From Iphione sp. A-MEVVRFRX5 (taxonomy: Eukaryota): 64,000 nucleotides of DNA. The DNA is taken from positions 46,376,001 to 46,440,000 of the forward strand of contig OZ320316.1 of the NCBI GenBank assembly GCA_976226885.1, in the 5' to 3' direction. Positions 23,015 to 32,330 of this stretch are shown piece by piece; position 1 is the stretch's first letter; every line of letters begins with the position of its first letter. The notes beneath the pieces were generated by a model. The model was not told where the DNA came from and did not search any database. It saw only the letters and a program-made list of their open reading frames with translations. A program made the translations under genes and the position numbers.

Positions 23015-24421
23015 CTAGTCTCGACTACTCGGCCCCTCATCCATGTATTCCTCCTCCCCGTCCCCCCAGATGTCTCCGAGGTGGAGGAGGCGCTGAGTTG
23101 GTGGAGCATAACCACAAATGTCGGCTAGGGTGGGGTGGAGTTTCTGATACTGTTCCCGTCTCTCCTGGGTAGCTTGGGCCCAGCTCTGGCCCACCGGATC
23201 GGGGTGCGTGCGTTGTCCCTGGATGAAGTCTTCGGCGGCCTCCACCGCTTTATTGTTCAGCTTGAGGAGCTGGTCCAGATTTCCCCACTCTTCCTCCCGG
23301 GGCACCTGCAGACCGGGGAGTATGAAGGCAGGGCGGCGACGTAAAGGCCTCATCAAGGGTCCCAGTAGATCGTCCTCTTGATTGCTCTCCGCCATGTGGA
23401 CAACCCAAGCCAGTGCTAGGGATGCTACAAAACGCTGCGCTGGGGACATACGATTCCAGGCATGCGGTGGCCAGGTGAGATGATCTGGCAGCTTCACCTG
23501 AGTGGACACGAGTGTATCTTGTAGAACGGCCACCTGGGGGTCGACAACGCCATCCAGGATCTCTCGTACATAATTGGCGCTGGGGGCGATGTGTGGCTCC
23601 GGTAGGAGATGACGGGAAAGACGAGACAAGTGCCCCTCTAGTAACAGCAGCGGGCGGGGAGCACTGCTCAGTGCAAGGCTGTCCACCCCAGTCCCATCGG
23701 GGTCGGGCCCTGACCGCCAGGGGGATAAGAGACTGGTGACTGGTGCTTCGAGTCCCAGCACCGGCTCAGCCGGTCCTGGAAGTGCGGATGGTCTCTCGGG
23801 CGACAGGACCGCAGCCGCCTGGCTTAGGAGTGGGTCCCTTGATCTGTGCGCCGGGCCGGCCTGTCGCTGAGCCCCCAAGCGGGCATCGTGTTCTACTGCT
23901 GGTCCACTCTCATGCTGAGGAGGGTCCGCTGGCTGATCCGGCATTGTCAGGCAGCGTCGCATGGGTGGCGGGGGCGGGGCTCGACAGGTGCTTTCTGCCA
24001 ACATCTTTTCTGCCTCCCCACGGCTCAAGGCCCACCCCATGTTGCGCAGTTCTCGAGCCCTCAGTATAATTTCAGTCAACTCATCATCCGGGGCCATTAC
24101 GTCTCCTCTTGGGGTTGCATCATATTGTCGATGGTAGGCCTTTTCCATGAGGCCAAAGTCAGCCACCCAGTGGTGGTAATGCCGGATGTGCTCAACCCAG
24201 GATTGTTTGTGGGAAAGTATACTGGGACAATAGAGGCACCTCATGTGCCTTCTCCTCTTACCTAGGTGATAATCGTCCACATGTCTCTTGAGAGAGTCCC
24301 CGGGGAAGAACGGCCGCGGCAGAGTGCACCTCTTGCATAAAACTATTCCCTCCGGCTTCTCCATCCCAGGTTTGACCACCCGGGGCAGCCGGCCAGGCTC
24401 GTCCACTGGTCGTCGGGGCAT
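23015..24421 (-). CDS. Intact 468-aa accessory ORF of the Gypsy-like element: two N-terminal C2H2 zinc fingers, Pro-rich linker, C-terminal domain of unknown family
   Basis: CKRC-x14-H-x4-H and CLYC-x12-H-x4-H; C-terminal WPPHAWNRMSPAQR..FILPG. ATG at 24421 lies 17 nt after a splice acceptor; the ORF-track start at 24553 is a TTG inside the predicted intron. Confidence 0.75.
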   Translation of the reverse strand: MPRRPVDEPGRLPRVVKPGMEKPEGIVLCKRCTLPRPFFPGDSLKRHVDDYHLGKRRRHMRCLYCPSILSHKQSWVEHIRHYHHWVADFGLMEKAYHRQYDATPRGDVMAPDDELTEIILRARELRNMGWALSRGEAEKMLAESTCRAPPPPPMRRCLTMPDQPADPPQHESGPAVEHDARLGAQRQAGPAHRSRDPLLSQAAAVLSPERPSALPGPAEPVLGLEAPVTSLLSPWRSGPDPDGTGVDSLALSSAPRPLLLLEGHLSRLSRHLLPEPHIAPSANYVREILDGVVDPQVAVLQDTLVSTQVKLPDHLTWPPHAWNRMSPAQRFVASLALAWVVHMAESNQEDDLLGPLMRPLRRRPAFILPGLQVPREEEWGNLDQLLKLNNKAVEAAEDFIQGQRTHPDPVGQSWAQATQERREQYQKLHPTLADICGYAPPTQRLLHLGDIWGDGEEEYMDEGPSSRD

Positions 24422-24438
24422 CGTTGCAGGCGGTGACA

Positions 24439-24576
24439 CTAACAGAAATATGAGGCGGGGCTGCTGCGATTTCCCCGCGTAGGCTAAGTCCTGGCGGTAC
24501 CGCCGACTTTTTGCAAGGTGCTTGTTGGCGGGATCGCCACGAGTAGCTCCCAAATGTTCAGATTATCACGGCTTAC
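24439..24576 (-). other. Predicted 138-nt 5'UTR intron of the ZnF ORF
   Basis: Donor GCAG|GTAAGC at 24576; acceptor cctcatatttctgttag|TGTCACC at 24439. Confidence 0.5.
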
Positions 24577-25310
24577 CTGCTAGCAGCTCCCCTTCGACTT
24601 CGGTGGCGGGGCCGCCACCGATTCAGCTGAGTGCTTGCGCCAATGATTCTACGAAGAACTACGGCTATATTTCCTCGTGCTGGGTCTCTCCTCTCCGCCT
24701 TGCTTTCCCAGGTACTTGCCTGATGTCCAGTTCCAGGGGAATTCCTCTCTTATGCCCCTGTTTAGCTCACTTACAACCGACTTTTGTAATCTGCCTTCCC
24801 GATCGTAATCCACGCTGGTTCGAAAATGAGGCATACCGGATGTTTTGGTTGTCCACTTCCGGTTGGTTTCGTGGTGACCCCGCCAGCGTCTTTTAGTTGA
24901 TTATTCCGCCCCTGTCCTGTTTTCACCGTGGTAATATCGGTGGCGTATCCGCCAGTCTTCTGTCCCAGGATCCCATCTCACAAGGTGGAATATGTTCCCG
25001 TTGGCGGTGTCGCCTGCCGAGTTACGTCTCTTTTCGGTGGCGGTGCCGCCACTCTTCTTACACTAGCGCTCGCATCTCTCCCAGTGGGACCGCCAACCTT
25101 TTCTCGACGGGAGGCGGTTTTTGCGTCATAGAATTTCCTCGGTGGTGGGGTCGGCAACGTCTTCTGCATCATCCTTTTTACTCATCGGCGGGGTCGCCAA
25201 CGTTTTTCTCGTTGGTGGTGGATATTGCGTCGTACTTTTTATCCGTCGGCGGGGTCGCCACTCATTTTCTCCTCCATCGTGACGCTATATAAGTCGGCGG
25301 GGGGCGTGGC
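24492..25310. promoter_or_regulatory. Array of TGGCG-N4-CGCCA palindromes plus TATA and GC box upstream of the ZnF ORF
   Basis: About 10 copies between 24492 and 25260; CTATATAAG at ~25285-25293; GGGGGCGTGGC at ~25300-25310. Confidence 0.55.
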
Positions 25311-26559
25311 CCGCCGTCAGTCGTTGACTCGCCGCCGGTAAGAGCAGGTTGAGCCTACCACGGCTCTTCCTCCCTGCCTCATTTCACTGTCCCCCTATCC
25401 GATGTCATATTTGCTTGTCCAGTGTTTCCCTCTTAGGGGCTTTCCTCTTCCAGAGATAATTGGGGGGTAATTTTTGGATGCTAGGGGGGGTCACTCTTCT
25501 TCTCTGGGGGGTAACTAATCATATTTCCCCCGGTTTAAATGACATAATTACATTCTACCTTATCCTAGTGGCCGAGCAGCTGGTGTCTCCCAGAGGAAAT
25601 GGACAGCATCTTGGTCTTCGCCTTCTCCTAGAGGAAATGGACAGCATCTCGGATGGCCTTCCTCAGGGCAATTGCAAACAGTTCTTGTTCAGCCAGTCGG
25701 TGACTACCCCCCCCCCTTTCCACTGGGGGTGACATCCATACACAGTGCTATTCTTCATCACTATGTCCACCAAGGGCCTGGCGCATTCCAGAGGCCATGG
25801 GTTGCATCCTGGCCCAAGCGTTCCCCCAGCAGGGATGACCAGCAGTTCGAATAGCGCTCCGTGTGGCAGCGGTGCAAAGTCTCGTTTCATTCTCACCCCT
25901 CGGCAGCGAGGGGAAACTAACTCTTCGTTAAACAGCCTGTTCGCGTCCTAGTCACCCTCTCGGTTGCTCCTCTCAGGGGCCTACCTATCGACCCCTCTGG
26001 AGATCGTTTCGAGCTTTCCATGTCTAACTCCGGGCCCTCTCCAATAGCCCTGTACATTCCATAAGCTCTTTTGTGCTCTCTGGGATGTTCATCCTCCCAC
26101 TCCAGACCTTTTTAAGCGTCCCAGGATGTCCGTCCTCCTCCTAGACCTTTTCAGGGCCCACATGGCCCCCAGGATGTCTACTCTCTCCTTCCGAGGAGCA
26201 TTCTAAGCTTCTGGCAGCTCCAGGCTCTCCTCGCTTTTGCCTCCCAGAACTTTTTGGACGCTTACAGGGAGTCTACCCCTACACGGACTCGTTTTGGATG
26301 CTGGTGATCCTCAGGACGTCCGTCATGTCCTACTGGAACTTTTGAACGCTACACGCTCCAGGTGTTCCACCACCTTCCATGAACTTTTTGAGTGCCACCT
26401 GGGTGCTTATACCCCCAATTCTTCCCGACTCCGGCTAACTCCTGGGGGGGGACCGTCCCCCCATGCCTGAAGTCTTCGCCTCGGCCTCTCCATTCGCCTG
26501 CGACGCCACCATCTTCTTCCTTAGCGTCAGAATTCACTGAGGGAGATTGTCTCCTTGGT

Positions 26560-27300
26560 TACGTCATAGCCGGTTCCGATGAACCACCTTAAACTTCGCC
26601 TTTCGTGTCCGTTGTGTCACCAAACGCTCGTCGTTGAGCCGCCTGACTACCTCCTACTCTCCTGGGTCGCCTCCAAGACCCTTATTTCCCCCACTAGCCC
26701 CTGTTACTCCCACCCCGGGGCAGTTAGGGCCCCCTATGGGTGCTGCTTAATGGGATGGGGACCCAGAGAATAAATCTCGGATTGTACCACGTCAGGCTGC
26801 CCCACTGTCTGAGCTAGCAGCCCAAAGATCCCTCGCTCCATCCACTTCTCATCCAACCCCTCTATCAGAGACCTCAGGATTGGTCAGTGAGACAGTGGCC
26901 CCCCCCAACTCCCATGGAAAGGGACACGTCACGGGCTCCACGTAGAGTGGTTACTTTCCCAGGACGCTGCTGCGCCCCTGACTCACCATCAAAACGAACC
27001 CTCCCTTGGGCCAGGTCTATGACTGCCTGATGATGGTTTAAGAAATCATTCCCCAAGATACCCTCTTCTCCAGTCTGAGCTATCAGGAAAGGGTGAAAAA
27101 AAAACTGTCTACCCGCTACTTCCTATCCCTAGGACCTCTGTTTCTAGCATGGGGATTACATGTCCAGCCGCCCCGGTAATCCAGGTCTCCCCTCTTTTAC
27201 CTTCAAGGCCAAAGACTACCCCAGGGTAAACAATGCAAACTCCTACCCCCGTATCCACCAGGAGTATATAGTTGCCACCCCTTATGCTTACCTGTAAGTG
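26560..27300 (-). pseudogene. Gypsy-like pol remnant: aspartic protease, first RT motif, integrase C-terminus; RT/RNaseH/IN core deleted
   Basis: ILLVDTGVGVCIV..GILGNDFLNHHQAVIDL (protease); PHPIKQHP* (pre-RT PIKQxPYR motif); EVVRRLNDERLVTQRTRKAKFKVVHRNRL (GPY/F-like IN tail). Confidence 0.8.
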
Positions 27301-27787
27301 TGGCCCCCGGCCTTGCTCCCTTATGCACCCCAGGGGGACTGGATCAGCCATGCCCCCCGGGCCTTTTTTTTTGTGAAGAAAACTCTGGTGGAAAGAACTT
27401 TATGTGTTTTTTTCCGAGTTTTTTTCACCTGTTTCTTCAATTTTTCCCACCTAGGTTTTGCCTTATCCATAGAGTTTTTATAAGCCAAGCTGTAAGTCAG
27501 GTCTGTCCATCAAAGTTCAGTCTGTCTATATGTATAGGCATCATATTGTTTGGAACGTGGTATTTCAGTGTAAAACCCCGGTGCGACCGCGCAAACTCTG
27601 TCATGGGGTGTTCCTGCCCATGAAATGTATAGGCATTATAAATAGGATATTTATCGAGATGTATATTATACAAGGGTCAACAAGCCTGTATCTACGTGGG
27701 TAACTATATGAGTCTATGGATGTTATGACATCACATTCTATTCATTCAGCGTCATTTTAAAACGATCTTTTAACGGTGTAAGACGTT

Positions 27788-28330
27788 ATGACTCCTGGTG
27801 GTGTCTTGCTGTATAATAAGGGGAAATATTGCAAGAGATGTGGTGTCACCCACCCTCTACCAGTGGGGAGGAACGGTAAGGAGTTCTGTGACACAGAGAA
27901 AAAGAAGAATGATGAAATCAAGCCTACTAATGGTGATGATCTGCATAGTTCCTTGTCTTGCCTGAAGAATCTGATTGAGTTGTTGGCAGCAGCCGGTTCG
28001 TCGAAGGTGGATGAGGAGAGGGGGCTCCGTGCTAATGCTGACATTGATTCCCCAGGTGATTCTTGTGAATCATGATAGATTAAAGGCTGCTTGTAAGAAA
28101 TCGGGGCTTACCGGCATCACCTGTCACTCATTTAGACGTGGAGGAGCATCATTTTTTGCCTTGAAGGGTGTTCCCCTGCCCGATATCAAATGTAGAAGTG
28201 ACTGCATCAAGTTCCAACTGTCTTTTCAAGTATGTTGATCCTAAATTGATGATCTTTTTATTTCTGATGAGGCTCTCTTCTGTTGATTGGGTTTGGGGAG
28301 CTCAGCTTATATATTGTCTAACCTTCGTGT
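27788..28330 (+). mobile_element. DIRS/Ngaro-type remnant: gag-like N-terminus joined to YR C-terminus
   Basis: YCKRCGVTHPLPVGRNGKEFC (CxxC..H.P.G gag-like motif); RLKAACKKSGLTGITCHSFRRGGAS..GV..IKCRSD/SSNCLFKY (HxxR and catalytic Tyr region). Confidence 0.7.
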
Positions 28331-28347
28331 CCCTTGTTATTAATATA

Positions 28348-28840
28348 CAGAGGTTATTCCAAAACCGAACACTCAAAAACTGAATTTCCCCAACTCCGAA
28401 CAATATTTTGGGGAACCAAATGTTTTTCTCTATTTAGACACTCATATAACCGAACATTTTTATCCCAAATCTGAACAATTTTGGTTTGGTCTGAGTTTTG
28501 TCGATTTTCGAATGAATTTGGCTCATTTTCGCCGATTTTTGGACGAATTTGGCTCATTTTTGGACAAATTTGGCTCATTTACACCGATTTTTGGACGAAT
28601 TTGGCTGATTTTTGGACGAATTTGGCTGATTTTTGGACGAATTTGACATATTTTAGGATGAATTCGGCCGATTTTCACCAATTTTTGGACGATTAAAGGT
28701 TTGGTCGAGGTAGGGCCTGGGGCCCCCCCTAACAGATTGAAATTGGCAGTAGCCTGAGGCCACTATTCAAAATCCGAATTGTCCCAAAACCGAACGATTT
28801 TGGCGGAAACGGCGATCGTTCGGTTTTGGAATTCTCTCTG
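28348..28840 (+). mobile_element. MITE family B, second copy, with an internal ~20-bp tandem array (~28505-28690)
   Basis: TA|CAGAGGTTATTCCAAAACCGAAC ... GTTCGGTTTTGGAATTCTCTCTG|TA; subterminal ~120 bp match 11654-12179; internal unit gatttttggacgaatttggct. Confidence 0.85.
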
Positions 28841-29366
28841 TATATGCCTATAGAATATTTAGGGAGATATATATACCTATATGTAAGGTCAAATGCCCGT
28901 TTGCAACCACCCCTGCATACCAAGCTGAAGTAGTCACATTTGTGGTATTGGCTGCATACCATTGCTCTTTTTAGGCCAAAAGTGGTGGATCTGATCAGTA
29001 AAAGTCCTAATAGCAGTGAATTTGATTAGTAAAAGTCATAAAAGTGGCAAATGTGACAAGTAAACGGCCTAAATGCAATGAATTTAGTATGTGCAAGTGA
29101 CTTTCTATGAGCACATATACCCATCAGAGGTTGCAGTGACACCTCTGGAGGCACTTTAGACAATGAATAACCCTTCAGCTCCCTGAGCTTGGACATCTGA
29201 GTGGTTGTGGTGACACCTTTGGTTAAAAAGTGATATTCATATCCAATAGACCCAACCCAAAAGTTGTAGGGTCGCATGCTGGTTTGGCAGACAAGAGGTC
29301 TGGTCGCATAGTTGTATTTTGATACTTAGGTTAATAACAGTAAATATTTCTGCCCCGAGCTCATTT

Positions 29367-29831
29367 GGCCTTATTGATGTGTCAGTGTTTCTGGTAACCT
29401 GACCGACCCAGATCTTTCTTCCCAAAGGAAAAGTTGTTTGCCCATATCTTGCCTATGAATATAGCGAGAAAATCATAATATATCAATAATATCAATCATA
29501 ATATATTCTTACCTAGACCCTTGACCTTGATTTAATATCAGTTTCCTGCATATCCAAGCAGTATAAAAGGTGGTGTCAATCTTGGAAGAAACAGTACCAC
29601 TGGGTGACATGTTAGGGGTGAATATTGAGTGAGACACCACCACCCAGGAGCCATGGAGTAACACCACATGTGCAGTGCAGTAAAGGAGTAGAAAACCAAG
29701 TTAAATCTTGTCTTATTATTACCCAGCAAGGGAATATTACAACTATGTTTTAGGATCTGTTAACAATTTTTAAAAACACCTACCCGCTGACCATATTTTT
29801 TCAACTTGTTACTGGAAACATTGTTTTAGGC
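29367..29831 (+). mobile_element. MITE family A, degraded, with an internal insertion
   Basis: ggcc..gtgtttctggtaacctgaccgaccc at the left; aacttgttactggaaaca..ttagg at the right. Confidence 0.5.
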
Positions 29832-32113
29832 AACACAGATATATATATATATATGAACTTATATTTATGAACTCAGCCGAACCGATTTTGGATGGCCAGC
29901 ATTTGTTAATAAAAAGCGTAATAACTACTTTCTACTTTAGGTCATCCGTGCAACCCAAGTTTCACGGCAGATATCGCATAGAAAGCACTTAACAAGATTT
30001 ATTCTCAGAAGTGACTGATCGCTGGAAGGCCTTGATGATGTCCATCCTCACTTGCCTTTGCTGGAGCCACTGATTCCGCTGAATAGTTGTCAGCTACTGA
30101 CAACTGTCCTTGTTCAGCAAGGATCTGTGGCTATAACTGATTGGATGGGACACTGGAATGGGTTGGTGAATGACGGGAGAGAACTGCCTCCCCTTTATTA
30201 CTGAAACAGACATCTTGTCAACATGAGAAGAAAAATCACAGCAATGACACTGGGGCACTGTCTCCCCACAGACCTGAGTCTGACCTGCTACATTGACTCT
30301 TTAACTGCTAGTGACTGGACTGGCCCTGAGGCCTCCCACTGGTACTGGTCTACCACTCTAGGTGGCACCACATACACTTGCCCTTAGGAGGTGCTGCCTC
30401 CTTTGGGCTCTCTGCTTAGTTATACTCAGCGAAGGGGACCCCCTTAGCTCGACAACAATTAAAGATTCTATGGGTCGAGTCTCCTTGGGCCTTTAGTTGG
30501 TTCATTTCCTAGTCGTGGTTGGACTTGGAGCAAACTGAATACTCAAGGGCTTAAAGTAAGTATGTACGTTACATAATTCTCAATATCCACTAAACTCCCC
30601 TTGCCTATACAGATCCGATCTAAATACAATCTGCGCTTTATCTTCTCGATACATTCTACTAATTGAGTCTTTCAGTTGATATTTCAGTCAGGAAAAGTGC
30701 AGCCAAAACAAAATACAACTCTTGTACTCAATTTCCTCTTTAATCGCTTAGTTTCTTTCTCTTTTCTTCCTTTTATCCATTTAACCCATACATCTTCGCT
30801 TCCTCCAAATCTCTTTCCTTCTCTAGCTCCTTTTTCTATCAGTGTATAAAACTGGACTTAGGTTTAATCTCCAGGAGCCATCCAAAGCCAACGTTTCACC
30901 CGACTATATTTTAATTCACTTCACTTGTCATCAAGTTTAAGAGTGTGCTTTTTTCCATTTTGTACGATACACAAGACTTGGCAAATATACTAAAGTAGTT
31001 CCCGTATTAATCGTCAGGGGAAGTTAGATCGAACAACGAGAGGGCGCCACGACATTGCTGAATTTGTTATGTTAAAGGTTCGGGGATTACACTGACAGTT
31101 GAATTCTGACTGCCCACACAAGGGGGCGACTCACGATGTGGTCGCGGTGGTCACATTTTACTGGGGAGAGGAGAAGGGTGGACTACAGTTAGCGTTTTGG
31201 GACGATAATGATGAAAGGAGATTAGTGGTAGTAGCATGCTTGTGTTTCTATCGACTTGCACTTAGATAACTCACAATGTAATTCACCTGTATGGTACTGA
31301 ATGTGTGAAGTTACCCTTTTGACCGATTTAAAATCGCATGCACGCACTTAAGGGCAGTCACGAAGAAGTCAATATTGACCACCTGACCATCTTTGGTCGG
31401 TTTAATTCGAATACAATTTCAGTGTAATTGTTACAAGCGTCTGCAACATGGTTCCATTCAGATTTCATTCCCTCTTATTATTATGGTGGTGCATCAGATA
31501 GATACCTTTTACCTGTATCTATAATTATATTAACTTTGCCCTCTGTTATTTGAGGGCAATGGTGTACAGTTCGACCACATCATCCGGAGATTCATTATGC
31601 AGATTTCACTGTTATCCGGACGATTTTTCACGCAAAACATAATCATTTTTGTAAACACTCATGTTTAAGTTATCTGGATTGTTCAATATCCAGATGATTT
31701 TACTGGGAACAAAGGAGGTCTGGTTAACGAGTCATGATCGCATATAGTTTCCTGTAGCATTAGGCCTAAATTCCCTGTATGCCGGTTTTCATGACTACTA
31801 CTATGTTGTCTATGATTCACGGTGATATAGGGTAAGGCCTGGTTCCCCTGTGTATAGGTTTTCCCCCATATTCCGGACTGGATGGGATGGGAAAAATGGA
31901 AAACTGAAAGGTCTATTTCATGTGTGCAGGATCCGTAGTCCATGGTCCGTTATCCAGAGGTGTCCATGGACCCTTAACGATCAATGCTCGTTTTTTTCTA
32001 CACCACAGATGCTCACAGACCAGTAGTGTAGGAAGATGGGAATAATTTATTCAGATGGATAGATACTGTCTATCACATGATAGATGATGTTAAATATTAT
32101 CTAATTTGCATTA

Positions 32114-32330
32114 AAAAAACCATTTATACAGATTTGGATAGAATTTCTTCCGATCAGCATAAAAAACCTCACCATTTACACAGATTCAGGCAGAATTCTT
32201 TCTGATCTGCGCAAAAAACTCACCATTTACACAGCTTTAGTCAGAATTTCTTCTGTTCAGCACACACACACACACTCTGTCTCTCTCTCTGTCTCTGACT
32301 CTCTCTCTGTCTCTGTCTCTCTCTCTTGAC
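32114..32330. repeat. ~51-52-bp tandem repeat x3 followed by a (CA)n/(CT)n microsatellite
   Basis: cattta(c/t)acaga..gaatttcttc..gatc units at 32121, 32173 and 32224. Confidence 0.75.

Noticed and set aside
23015-24553. ORF3 as a retroviral env; ORF-track start at 24553
   Set aside because: No signal peptide, fusion peptide or TM anchor. The track start is a TTG inside a predicted intron; the ATG at 24421 is preferred.
24492-25260. Palindromes as NFI sites or as an encoded ATPP/GDPA peptide repeat
   Set aside because: NFI needs TTGGC-N5-GCCAA, whereas the spacing here is TGGC-N6-GCCA. The reading frames are broken by stops, and the same motif recurs in the non-coding 3' repeats.
27480-27790. 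5' LTR, PBS and TSD for the Gypsy-like element
   Set aside because: No sequence matching 21392-21713 and no ACA followed by the left flank (AATAG) was found.
29105-29220. Candidate minus-strand exon VTTTTQMSKLRELKGYSLSKVPPEVSLQPLM
   Set aside because: Weak donor (G|gtatat), phase incompatible with the candidate first exon, no recognisable homology.
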